Positions 18,347 through 28,518 are shown, counted from the first letter of the stretch. The stretch: DNA of 64,000 bases from Candidatus Poribacteria bacterium (GCA_965242965.1 OZ251518.1:32001-96000); one strand, 5' to 3'. Notes: a model not told the origin generated them from the letters alone. Made by a program: numbers and translations.

Positions 18347-18942
18347 GAGGGGGTTTCATATTTCGCTGCACACCCGTAGGAGAGACCTCCCGGTCTCGAT
18401 GGCACCTCGGTAGGAGAGCCTTCCTGGTCTCGATGCGTTCGGGGGGTTCCCGTAGGGCGAGGGCCTGTCCCTCGCCGTGCTTGATTGCCCTTTTCACCGT
18501 AGGGCGAGGGCCTGTCCCTCGCCATGCGCCGGTCGTGACAGCAAACGTCCGTGGTCTCTGGGTTGCGGGTGTTTTTCGCATAGGTTGAGAGATCGCGGGG
18601 GACAGGTAATTTGTCTCGTTTCTGTAGGTCAAGATCGCCTGATCTTGACCCGTTCGGGAGCAGGTGCTCCCGAACTACAGTCACTGGGGCACGCGGGCGA
18701 TCTCGGGGGAAACCCGCTCGCATGCACGTGTGGCATGCGAGGGCCCCCGCGCTACGGTAGGAAAGCTGATTTTCCTCGCCAAGATGTTCCTAATCTTGGA
18801 AATCTTGGAAATCTTGGAAATCCTGCTTCAGACTATTAAGATTGCGGGGGCCTGTCCCCCGCGCTACGAACTGCGGACGTTTGAGGCATCGAGACCGGGA
18901 GGTCTCTCCTACGGGGAAGGCATTGATATATGAAACCCTCTC
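18347..18942. mobile_element. MITE-like element with TIRs and ~13-bp TSD
   Basis: GAGGGGGTTTCATAT...ATATGAAACCCTCTC, flanked by AATTTATTATTA(G/T). Confidence 0.8.
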
Positions 18943-19032
18943 AATTTATTATTATGGAACAAATGGCGCAGGCTTCTCCAAGAACGCGCTTGCAAAGCAC
19001 ACCTACCTGTGGAAATATAGGAGGAATGTAAA

Positions 19033-20691
19033 ATGGACATTCAACAGAATCATCGACAGAGGCGAACTTTCGGCACGCGAGGGCCGGTGAATCCGCAACA
19101 GCACTATGTTGTCGCGCGCAGGGAAGAACTCGCCGATTTCATTCAGCGTGTCAAAGAGGGACGCTACGTCGTCATTTTCGCGCCACGTCAGACGGGCAAG
19201 ACGACGTTTTTCCGTTGTGCTTTGGATGTGCTTGCGAAGGAAGAATCGGATTATTTTCCGCTTGAATTGAGTCTTGAGATGTATAAAAACGTCACGACTG
19301 AGGCTTTTTACGCGAATCTCACGGAAGATATTGAGGAGGCAATTGAGGCGAGCCTCCAGCGGCGCGGGAGCGTTCCTTCGGATGCCTTAAGGCAATTCTT
19401 GGCGGATACAACGCTCACCGATCATTTCGCACTGCGGCGGTTTTTTAGGAGACTTCCGAGTCTGCTTGAAGCGCAACGGATTGTGCTCATCATTGACGAA
19501 TTTTCGGGCATTCCGCCTGCTGTGGTGAGTGATTTTCTTCACACGCTGCGTCGGATTTATCACACGGATTTGTCTATTCGGAGTCCTTACAGCGTCGGCA
19601 TCGTCGGCGTGAAGAATATCACGCAGTTGAACTATGACAGGAGCATCTCGCCGTTCAACATCCAAGACGAATTCTCTTTACCACCTTTCACGTTGGAACA
19701 AGTGGGGGAGCTTCTTGGGCAATACACGGCAGAAACCGGTCAGGCGTTCGCGCCGGAAGTTATTCGGACGCTGCACCGGCAGACAGGCGGACAACCGTTT
19801 CTCGTCAACCGCCTCTCGGAGATACTCACCGAGGAGATGGATATCCCGAAAAGCGAACGGATTACCCTCGCGCATTTCGCGAAAGCGCACACTGCACTCC
19901 TGCGAGAAGATAACGTGAACTTTAACCATCTCACTACTAACATCCGGCGGAATGCACGCTTTGAGAGGACCTTGATGCAGATTGCTTGCTCGGGGAAGAG
20001 TCTCCTCTTCACACCGCGCGATGAGGTTATGGAGGAACTCGCCATACACGGTGTGATCCAAAAGGGTGCCGATGGCATGTGTGAGATTGTCAATCCGATT
20101 TATCAAATCTGTATTATGCAGACATTTCAACCCGCGGTGAACGGATTGGAACGGGACTACTTCCCAGAAGATGCTTGCCCAAAAGGCTCGGATTATCTCA
20201 CGCCGACTGGGGCGTTAGACATGGAGGCGTTGCTGAATAACTTTCGGGATTTCATCGCCCGCGTCGGGTTTCGCATCCTCCAAGTGCCCGGACTGCCACG
20301 GGAATCGGTAGGACAACACCTGCTCGCTAGTTATCTCGACGCATTCGTGCAGATGGTGGGTGGTGATATGTATCTCGAACTGCCAACGGGAAGGGGCCGG
20401 ATGGATCTGGTGGTGTTTCACAAGAACCGCAAGTATATCGTCGAAATCAAAATTTGGCAAGGCGCTCAGGGTTATGAGGGAGGCAAGGAGCAACTCGCCG
20501 CCTATCTCAAATCGGAGGGGGTTTCGGAGGGCTACTATGTCGTATTCGACCATGGTAAGAATCCGAACCCGCGCGACGAGACAGAAACGGTGAACGGGTT
20601 CAGGATTCGGAGTTATGTGATTCCGGTGGTGCAGGAACGGCCGTCCGATCTTTCAGAGGAAGAAGCGGCATACAGGCAGGTTTCCCAATAA
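19033..20691 (+). CDS. AAA-like P-loop ATPase fused to a C-terminal PD-(D/E)XK nuclease-like domain
   Basis: APRQTGKTT Walker A, LIIDE Walker B, SPFNI, TGGQPFLV; C-terminal E..TGRGR.D...Y.VEIK...QL..YL. Confidence 0.85.
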   Translation: MDIQQNHRQRRTFGTRGPVNPQQHYVVARREELADFIQRVKEGRYVVIFAPRQTGKTTFFRCALDVLAKEESDYFPLELSLEMYKNVTTEAFYANLTEDIEEAIEASLQRRGSVPSDALRQFLADTTLTDHFALRRFFRRLPSLLEAQRIVLIIDEFSGIPPAVVSDFLHTLRRIYHTDLSIRSPYSVGIVGVKNITQLNYDRSISPFNIQDEFSLPPFTLEQVGELLGQYTAETGQAFAPEVIRTLHRQTGGQPFLVNRLSEILTEEMDIPKSERITLAHFAKAHTALLREDNVNFNHLTTNIRRNARFERTLMQIACSGKSLLFTPRDEVMEELAIHGVIQKGADGMCEIVNPIYQICIMQTFQPAVNGLERDYFPEDACPKGSDYLTPTGALDMEALLNNFRDFIARVGFRILQVPGLPRESVGQHLLASYLDAFVQMVGGDMYLELPTGRGRMDLVVFHKNRKYIVEIKIWQGAQGYEGGKEQLAAYLKSEGVSEGYYVVFDHGKNPNPRDETETVNGFRIRSYVIPVVQERPSDLSEEEAAYRQVSQ

Positions 20692-20702
20692 CCTACTCTT
20701 CA

Positions 20703-22178
20703 TTAATCCAACGGAAAGATTGGCCTCCGAATCTCCTGATAGGTAAAGTGCTGCGGATTCACGGCTGTCAGCCCAGGCGTATCCACCTCAATAATCTCGC
20801 CTGCGATGGGTTCGTAGGCGGCGCGGTAGGCAATGGCTGCTTTGACGACAATTATCTGCATCGCCTGCGGCTGAATGCCGAGACTGAGCAGTTGCTGAAG
20901 GCTAAACGGCGTTTGTCGTCTGCTTGTTAATATCACTAGTGAGCGATGCGGCGCGGCTAATTCAACTACCGCTGTCAAGCCTTGATTGTGATATTTCTGT
21001 CCGCCGTGCCGAGGTTCTGTCTCAACAAAATGCCCATCGTGGATGAGCCGGACGCGGCCCCGAATAGGCACCGGTTCACCATGTAGCGTGTCTGTCTTGC
21101 CACCGACGTTGAGCGCAACTTCTTCGCCGACCCCGGTCTGTAGACATGTCTGCACGCTTTCAACATCGCAGAGAACAACAACAAACCCGAATGCCCTCTG
21201 TTTCAGCAACTCGGCGAGAATAATGGTGCTATCCCCCGGTGAGCCGCCGCCGATGTTATCACCCATTTCGACGAGGATGACAGGATGCTTTTCGGCGTTG
21301 ATGGCTTGTCGGACAGCCGTTGCTGCATCGGGTAAATCAAGCGTGAGTTGCCCGTGCACATTCCACAACATCTCCGATAACCTATCTGCTTCTTGGCGTG
21401 CGAGTTGGAGGTGCTCATCCGTAACGACGACAAAGGCGGGACCTGCTTCATACACATCGGCGTAGGGATACCCCGCGGCGACGTTCGCGACGAGGACATC
21501 GTCCCGCGCTTCTAATTCGGCCGCGGCGTTCAGAATGGAACGCATCGGTTCGGCACTGGTGTTTTGATACCGGATATTGAGGAGCATCGACGGTTTTGAC
21601 AGTGACTGCGTCGGCGTGATGCCCTCGGAGAGGATACGATGCATTAGGGCAAACGCCTGAAGCCCGCGTTGCCGCTGATCGATGTGCGGATTTGTTTTGT
21701 AAATCACCAATGCTGTGGAGAGGTTTACCATTTGTTCGGAAACGTTGGCGTGATGGTCCAACGTGACAACGATGGGAAATTCTGCGGGGAAAATAGCGCG
21801 TAGCCGGCGTAATAACTCGCCATCGCCATCGGGATAACTCTCCACCACCATTGCTCCGTGCAGCGCGAGGAGTAATCCTTCATAAGTCGGCGCAGAAACC
21901 TTGAGACGTTGGATGAGCATATCGGTAAGCCGGTCGAACGCGGCATCGGTGACGCGCCCTGCAGGGGTGGCGGAAGCCATGAGTGTGGGATAGAGGGTGT
22001 ATTCGTGCTGCTCTGCACTTTCAATAGAGCCAATAAAGCCGCCCATCTCATGGTGCGTATCTGCCCAGGCGTTGATTATCTCATCGTCAACCGAGGTGTG
22101 AAACGCGTCAAAATCGGTAGGCGTATCGCTAAACGTGTTGGATTCGTGCATGATGCCGCCGATGGCAACTGTTTTCAT
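20703..22178 (-). CDS. M81 family metallopeptidase (MlrC-like)
   Basis: HESNTF, LHGAM, LDHHAN, Y.TNPH.D and DN.GGG..GD motifs. Confidence 0.92.
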   Translation of the reverse strand: MKTVAIGGIMHESNTFSDTPTDFDAFHTSVDDEIINAWADTHHEMGGFIGSIESAEQHEYTLYPTLMASATPAGRVTDAAFDRLTDMLIQRLKVSAPTYEGLLLALHGAMVVESYPDGDGELLRRLRAIFPAEFPIVVTLDHHANVSEQMVNLSTALVIYKTNPHIDQRQRGLQAFALMHRILSEGITPTQSLSKPSMLLNIRYQNTSAEPMRSILNAAAELEARDDVLVANVAAGYPYADVYEAGPAFVVVTDEHLQLARQEADRLSEMLWNVHGQLTLDLPDAATAVRQAINAEKHPVILVEMGDNIGGGSPGDSTIILAELLKQRAFGFVVVLCDVESVQTCLQTGVGEEVALNVGGKTDTLHGEPVPIRGRVRLIHDGHFVETEPRHGGQKYHNQGLTAVVELAAPHRSLVILTSRRQTPFSLQQLLSLGIQPQAMQIIVVKAAIAYRAAYEPIAGEIIEVDTPGLTAVNPQHFTYQEIRRPIFPLD

Positions 22179-22263
22179 AAGGTTCTCCGAATCCGGGTAG
22201 GCGCGCTTTCACTTTTCACAAAGTGGGGCATCTACCGAGAAATTACAATCTCAAAAAAAGTTC

Positions 22264-22293
22264 TTGACATATCTGTGACAAATATGGTATCAT
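22264..22293 (+). promoter_or_regulatory. sigma70 promoter just left of the 2.9-kb element
   Basis: TTGACA-18 bp-TATCAT. Confidence 0.65.
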
Positions 22294-22786
22294 ATTTTCA
22301 TAATTTAAGTGAGGGTGTTTCATAACTCGCTCAACGTCGCGGGGGACAGACCCCCGCGCTACGAAAAAAAACGTCTCTTAGGTCCGTAGGACCTGAATGT
22401 CTATAGCGCGTCGGTCTGCAAAGAGCCCTAAGGTCCTTTAGGTCCTTAATAGCCTTTGAGATGCCGCGTGTTTTTTATTAAGGACCTAAAGGACCTTGAA
22501 AAGGGGCCGTCACGTTTTTCTATAGACATGTAGGTCCTAAAGGACCTAAGAGGCTCTCTTGTCGACAGGCTTAGCGAGGGACAGGCCCTCGCGCTACGGT
22601 GTCAGCGGCATTTATTTCTCGCAACGCTCGCGGGGGACAGGTCTGTTCTCTCCCTTGCGCTACGGTGAAAAAACGGCTTCCCTTCATCGTAGGGCGAGGG
22701 ACAGGCCCTCGCGCTACGGTGTCAGCGGCATTTATTTCTCGAAACGATCGCAAAGAAAAATCCCCAAAAATCCACAAAAATAAAAA

Positions 22787-22815
22787 TTGACATTTTCCCA
22801 CATTTATGATACAAT
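22787..22815 (+). promoter_or_regulatory. sigma70 promoter of the ankyrin cargo gene
   Basis: TTGACA-17 bp-TACAAT, extended TG, A-tracts upstream. Confidence 0.78.
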
Positions 22816-22929
22816 TAAAACATAATGCTGAATAGGCTGCGCGCGACACAAACGCGCAACCACAAACCCTAACCGCACGTTACCCGAAAACCGGGCATCG
22901 CGCAACGAGAACGCATAGGAAAAACGACT

Positions 22930-24696
22930 ATGATAACACGAAACAACCTCCGAAAACTCGCCCGCGAAACTGGCGCATTCCTCGCGCTCTGGATCGCTAT
23001 TATCGGCGGCCTCATCCTCTTCAAAGCCTACAAACAGGCAGAAGGATTTATCACCGTCGCACAGAGCGATTATAAACGGTTTGTCAACGGCGAAAATGTC
23101 CTCATCAAACGCGTCCACGAAGAACATTGGGACATATTCTACCAATTCTACGCGGACTGCCCCGACAGCCGCAAAACCGAAGAGAACTATCGGACTCTCC
23201 GCGAAAAACTCGAAGAAGGAATCAGGATTTGGCTAGCACCGCTACGGGAAATCACCGACAGACCTATTGTCGATAAGTTTGTTTTCCATAAAAGCAAAGA
23301 AACCAATCATCTCCTGACTGAAAGTGGTCTGCAAGTTGAATATGAGATTTACGCAGTCTTCTCATGTAAGCAAGGGCGGTCATCAGCAGATAGACAAAAC
23401 AGAGGTGTAGCTATGAGGGAGAAGACAAACGGCAAAAAATCTCCGGTGTTTGGCAACCTTCCCTACAGTGACATTACACTTCTGCACGAGCTGGGTCATG
23501 CTTTTGACCTAGCCGATACCTACGTTGACAATCCAAGCTTTTCTCCTCCCAATGCCGGCACTTATTTCAGAACGATAGGTAACCAACCGAAATCCGTGAT
23601 GAGCGGATCTTATTGCAGTCGGCAGGGAGGGCTTTGTCTGGACGATAAGCGCGCCATCCAGTGGCTCTACCGTTACCATTGGGAAGGACTCGACCCGACG
23701 GATTGCCCCCCTGAATTCGTTTACGAGGAACTGACTTGGCGGGGACTCACAGTTGGGGGATGCGTCTATCGCCAGCCGCTGATAATCGAACTCCGACAAA
23801 AGCACCTAGACAGGGCGAAGAAACTGCTTGAGAACGCCAAAAACCTCAAAATCAACGATCAGGATGAGCATGGGCTAACCGCACTTCACTATGTTGCTCT
23901 GCTGCACCCTGAATTTGACATAGGGAATATTCGTCTTACTTTATTTGCAGTCCTCAAACACCCCGATGTTGACATCAATATCACCAATAAATGGGGTAAT
24001 ACTCCTCTACATACAGCGGCATGGTTAGGAAACCTTGGTATGGTTTCTAGTCTGCTGTTTGTGAACACCGAACGTATCCGAGAGGGGATTATGCTAAACG
24101 CTAAAAACGATTACGGCGTAACTGCGTTACACTATGCAGCTAAGTTAGACAGGAAAATATGTGTTGAGGTTCTACTGATGCGTACGGACATCGACCTCAA
24201 CATCAAAGAATCTCGTTTTGGCAACACCCCTCTCCACGAAGCCGTCAAGAACGGACGGACCGAGGTCGTCACAATGTTGCTCGCGCATCAGGACATCAAC
24301 CCCAATCTCCGCAATGCAGCCGGTTTCACACCGTTGCAGCTAGCCATGCAGGGAGGCGCGGTATCAGACGCAGACAGTGATGCCGGTTTCCAAGCGGATT
24401 ACCCAGAATTCTGGTCTTCGTTATCGGAGGAAGATAAGCAGCACATGAGCCCGCGTCTCTCTCCTGCAGCGTTGCAGCAGGCACACGCCGAGATCGCCGC
24501 ATTGCTCCGCGCGCATCCCGGAATTATCCTCCCCGATGCCTCGGATGTCAACGGTGATGGTATCGTCAACATCTTGGATCTCGTGAAAGTCTCCAATGCG
24601 TTCGGTCAGCGCGGTCAGATACCGGAAGATGTCAACGGCGATGGTGTCGTGAACGTTCAAGATTTGGTGTGGGTATCGGGTGCGTTTGGACAGTAG
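22930..24696 (+). CDS. Exported zinc metallopeptidase-like, ankyrin-repeat, dockerin-like protein
   Basis: N-terminal TM; HELGHAFDLAD plus SVM Met-turn; about 5 G.T(A/P)LH ankyrin repeats; two DVNGDG.VN..DL Ca-binding repeats. Confidence 0.85.
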   Translation: MITRNNLRKLARETGAFLALWIAIIGGLILFKAYKQAEGFITVAQSDYKRFVNGENVLIKRVHEEHWDIFYQFYADCPDSRKTEENYRTLREKLEEGIRIWLAPLREITDRPIVDKFVFHKSKETNHLLTESGLQVEYEIYAVFSCKQGRSSADRQNRGVAMREKTNGKKSPVFGNLPYSDITLLHELGHAFDLADTYVDNPSFSPPNAGTYFRTIGNQPKSVMSGSYCSRQGGLCLDDKRAIQWLYRYHWEGLDPTDCPPEFVYEELTWRGLTVGGCVYRQPLIIELRQKHLDRAKKLLENAKNLKINDQDEHGLTALHYVALLHPEFDIGNIRLTLFAVLKHPDVDINITNKWGNTPLHTAAWLGNLGMVSSLLFVNTERIREGIMLNAKNDYGVTALHYAAKLDRKICVEVLLMRTDIDLNIKESRFGNTPLHEAVKNGRTEVVTMLLAHQDINPNLRNAAGFTPLQLAMQGGAVSDADSDAGFQADYPEFWSSLSEEDKQHMSPRLSPAALQQAHAEIAALLRAHPGIILPDASDVNGDGIVNILDLVKVSNAFGQRGQIPEDVNGDGVVNVQDLVWVSGAFGQ

Positions 24697-25246
24697 GTCT
24701 CCGTAGGTCGACGCTCGCGGGGGACAGGCCCCCGCGCTACGGTGAAGCGAGACCGTAGTTCGGGAGCGCCTGCTCCCGAACGGATCGACGGTAAAAAAAA
24801 CGGCCCGGGTTACCGTAGGGCTTGGGCCCTCGGATGCCACACGCGCATGCGAGCGGGTTCCCCTCGCCATGCTGCGACCTATAAAAGACCGTAGTTCGGG
24901 AGCGCCTGCTCCCGAACGGGTCAAGAGCAGGCGCTCTTGACCTATAGAATGGGGACCAACGATCGCGGGGGACAGGCCCCCGCGCTACGGTGTCAGCGGC
25001 ATTTCTCGCAACGATCGCGGGGGACAGGCTCTTTTAGGTCTGTAAGACCTTAATGTCTATAGAAAAACGTGCTTCACCCTATCAAGGTCCTTTAGGTCCT
25101 TAATAAGGTTTAGCGTGTTGCATCGAGACCGGGAGGTCTCTCCTACCAGGGAAACGGAATCGTTCGGGGTATCACGAAACCGTTTTTACAAAACGACTTA
25201 TGAAACACCCTCATTTAAGTCTGTAAAAAATATGTAGACTGAAACT

Positions 25247-25858
25247 ATGGTTTGTAACGGGAAAAGCCAGATTGAACATGCCCTTGAAATCGCTGCGGAA
25301 GCGCATCAGGGACAATACCGGAAGGGCACCAACACGCCTTACATTTCGCATCCGTATGCTGTCGGGTTGCTGTTAATGGAAGCTGGCTGCACCGAGGCGG
25401 TGATTATCGCCGGCATCCTGCACGATACCGTCGAAGATACGCCGCTGACGTTAGATTTCATTCGGGATGAGTTTGGCGAACAGGTTGCGGCTATCGTTGC
25501 GGGCTGTTCTGAAAATAAAAGTTTGCGGTGGCGCGCCCGGAAAACGGAACGCATCGAAGCGTTGAAAACCGCTAGCATGGAGGTGTGTCTCGTTACGTGC
25601 GCGGACAAACTCCACAACCTGCGCACTATCATCTCAGAATACGAGCAGATTGGCGATACCGTGTGGGAACGGTTCCACGGCGAAGCGGCAGACCAGGCGT
25701 GGTATTATCGCAGCATGATGCACAGTTTGCAAGTAAAAAGTGGACAAAAACAGGGAGAATGTGATAAACTAGTTGACAGCGTTGTGAATCGGCAATTTGA
25801 TTCTATCTTCCAGCAGCTGCAGCGCGCTGTAGCCTATCTATTTCAGGGAGAAAACTAA
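25247..25858 (+). CDS. HD-domain protein (Mesh1/SpoT hydrolase-like)
   Basis: H.GQ.RK...PYI.HP, LHDTVEDT and ADKLHNL motifs. Confidence 0.88.
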   Translation: MVCNGKSQIEHALEIAAEAHQGQYRKGTNTPYISHPYAVGLLLMEAGCTEAVIIAGILHDTVEDTPLTLDFIRDEFGEQVAAIVAGCSENKSLRWRARKTERIEALKTASMEVCLVTCADKLHNLRTIISEYEQIGDTVWERFHGEAADQAWYYRSMMHSLQVKSGQKQGECDKLVDSVVNRQFDSIFQQLQRAVAYLFQGEN

Positions 25859-26754
25859 TGAAGATTGCGTATGCGTTTCGGCGATGTGCATCGTATCCAT
25901 ATAACGGACCTGGGTTACCCACCGATGCATCGGACAGACGACAATTTTTGGCGAAAGTGAAAGAAATCGGGTTTGACGGGATAGAACTTCCGGCGATGAA
26001 CCTCGCAGATGCGGCGGTTGATACCCTTCGCGCTGAACTTGAGGATGCCGGTGTGCCGTGCGTCGCCATTCGCGGCGGCGGTGGTGCAGCACATCCACGC
26101 GTCGCTGCCGCCAACAAGAAACGGATGGAAGAGGCTGTCCGCTTTGCCGCCAAAATCGGTGCAAGTGTCGTCAATTCTACCGTGACAACACCGCCTCGCG
26201 ACCCGGGCGGAAAGGGGACTTATCGCGGCGAATCCGTGTCGCAAGGTTCTAGCCGATATGCCATCACTACGGATTATGAACACACGGCAAATGCAGTCAC
26301 GGATGTTGCCAAGATCGCGGCAGACCTCGGGGTAGAGATTTCCATTGAGGTGCATCAGAACTCCATTGCGGATAACTCCTGGTCGGCGTTGCATCTGCTG
26401 GAGTTGATTGACGCGTCAAACGTCGGCATCAATCCGGACTTGGGCAACATCTATTGGACTTACGATATTCCGGAAGAATCGTGCGAAGAGGCAATCGTCG
26501 CTCTCGCACCGCATGTCAACTATTGGCACTGCAAGAGCCTCTGTCGCGTTCATATTCCAGATTTGGAGAAGGCCATCTATGTGCAGGTGCCGCTGCCTGA
26601 TGGCGAAATTGACTACCGCTTCGCTATTGCCGCTCTGCTGGATGCCGGCTACGAAGGTTATCTCGCGATTGAAGGTGTCCGCGACGGCGATGCGTTCCAT
26701 CAAGATGGCAGAAGCGTCGCGTATGTCAAATCTTTGTTAGCCGAATTGGGTTGA
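25858..26754 (+). CDS. Sugar phosphate isomerase/epimerase (TIM barrel)
   Basis: GFDGIE, IEVH, DLGN, WHCK and G.IDY...GY.G..AIE motifs. Confidence 0.82.
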   Translation: MKIAYAFRRCASYPYNGPGLPTDASDRRQFLAKVKEIGFDGIELPAMNLADAAVDTLRAELEDAGVPCVAIRGGGGAAHPRVAAANKKRMEEAVRFAAKIGASVVNSTVTTPPRDPGGKGTYRGESVSQGSSRYAITTDYEHTANAVTDVAKIAADLGVEISIEVHQNSIADNSWSALHLLELIDASNVGINPDLGNIYWTYDIPEESCEEAIVALAPHVNYWHCKSLCRVHIPDLEKAIYVQVPLPDGEIDYRFAIAALLDAGYEGYLAIEGVRDGDAFHQDGRSVAYVKSLLAELG

Positions 26755-26835
26755 GAGGTCCTGCAGCAATCGCGGGGACGGGCCCCGCGCTCCGGTGAAG
26801 GACCGGATGCTTCGCGCCAAGACGAAAAATAGAAA

Positions 26836-27915
26836 ATGACACGACAAAAAATCCGTCTTACGGCTACAGTGAAATGCGCTGGGTGAGCATCAAAACTGGC
26901 TCCGGGGGAGCTTGCACACGTTTTGAGCAACATACCCAAGTCAACGGATGCGAACCTGCTCGTCGGCACTGAAACGTCCGATGATGCAGGCATCTATCGG
27001 CTTTCCGATGAACTTGCCCTCGTCAACACGGTGGACTATTTCACGCCGATAGTCGATGAGCCTTACACGTTCGGTGCCATCGCCGCGACGAATTCGCTCA
27101 GTGATGTCTACAGCATGGGCGGCACGCCGAAAACGGCGTTGAATATCACCTGCTGGCCGAAGGCTGACTTGGAGTTATCGGTGCTCGGTGAAATCATCCG
27201 CGGCGGAACTGATAAGGTGCTTGAGGCGGGGGCGGCTCTCGTCGGTGGACATACCGTCGATGCACCGGAACTGATGTATGGCCTCGCTGTGACAGGTGTT
27301 GTGCATCCGAAGAAGTTCGTGAGAAATTATGGCGCGCAGCCCGGCGATGTGCTGATTCTCACCAAGAAACTCGGCATCGGCATTTTGACGACAGGCTTGA
27401 AATTCAACAAAATCGGCGACGAAGTCTTGCCGAAAATCGTGGAATCCATGACGCGTCTCAATGCATACGCCGCCAAAGTGATGCTAAAATACGGCGCGCA
27501 TGCCTGCACCGATGTCACCGGTTACGGACTCCTCGGCCACGGCATGGAGATGGCGGAGGGAAACAACGTCGCCTTGAAAATCGACAGCCGCGCCGTGCCG
27601 TTTTTCACTGAGGCACCAGAGTTGGTTGCGCAAGATACCTACACGCAGGCGTATCTCGCGAATATGGCGTTCCTCGCCGATAAGGTAACTTTTCATGAGG
27701 GAGTCGAGACCGGGAGAACTCGCCTATCGGGAGAGTCCGTTGATGCGATGCGTCACATCCTCATGGAGGCAGAGACTTCCGGGGGATTGCTCTTCGCGCT
27801 GCCTGCCGAACATGCAGATGCGGCATTAGACGAACTGCATGCCGGCGATTGCCCGGAAGCCGCCATCATCGGCGAAGTCGTCGCCGCGGATACAGCACAT
27901 ATTGATGTCTTTTAG
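26836..27915 (+). CDS. selD: Selenide, water dikinase (selenoprotein, Sec at codon 17)
   Basis: MTRQKIRLTATVKCAG-U(TGA 26884-26886)-ASKL is in frame with DDAG, DYFTP, NSLSDVY, GGHT, TDVTGYG and TSGGLL. Confidence 0.95.
26891..26925 (+). promoter_or_regulatory. Putative bacterial SECIS hairpin
   Basis: CAAAAC/GTTTTG lower stem and GCTCC/GGAGC upper stem with a G-rich loop, just 3' of the UGA. Confidence 0.65.
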
Positions 27916-27933
27916 GATATAAGGAGACGCTCC

Positions 27934-28518
27934 TTGAACTCGAAACGTAATCTTGGAAATCTTGCTAATCCTGAAAATCTTGCTAATCCTGGAAATCCTG
28001 CTTCAGAATTGGCTAAGCAGATTCGCGATGTCGCCTATCTGACAGGGGAGTTTAAACTCCGCTCCGGCAAAATCAGCAACTTTTACTGGGACAAATACCG
28101 ATTTGAGAGCAATCCGGTTTTACTGTCCGCCATCGCAAACGAGATGGAGCAACGGCTTCCAGAAGGCGTAGACGGCCTCGCCGGGTTAGAACTCGGCGGC
28201 ATTCCCCTCGCCACCGCGCTCTCCTTGCAAACCGGCCATCCCTGCTACTACGTCCGCAAAGCACCGAAGGACTACGGGACCTGTAATTTGATCGAAGGCG
28301 GGGTGCAGAAAGGTGCGAACCTTGTCGTCATCGAAGATGTGATTACCACCGCAGGCCAAGTCTGCACCTCTATTGAACAGATGCGCGCCGAGGGGATTGT
28401 CGTTGAACACGTTATCGCTGCGATTGATAGACAGGCAGGCGGCGAAGAGAAAATTAACGCGCTCGGCTGCACCTTAGCTGCCGTTTTCACACTCGCAGAA
28501 TTAGAAGCGATAAGTTGA
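27934..28518 (+). CDS. pyrE: Orotate phosphoribosyltransferase
   Basis: GEFKLRSG..S.FY.D, ELGGIP, RK..K.YG and VIEDVITT motifs; TTG start after AAGGAG. Confidence 0.9.
   Translation: MNSKRNLGNLANPENLANPGNPASELAKQIRDVAYLTGEFKLRSGKISNFYWDKYRFESNPVLLSAIANEMEQRLPEGVDGLAGLELGGIPLATALSLQTGHPCYYVRKAPKDYGTCNLIEGGVQKGANLVVIEDVITTAGQVCTSIEQMRAEGIVVEHVIAAIDRQAGGEEKINALGCTLAAVFTLAELEAIS

Larger units (their letters stand above)
22311..25212. mobile_element. 2.9-kb TIR-bounded, transposase-less element enclosing a cargo gene
   Basis: Perfect GAGGGTGTTTCATAA...TTATGAAACACCCTC, flanked by ATTTAAGT at 22303-22310 and 25213-25220; REP arrays inside both ends. Confidence 0.82.
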
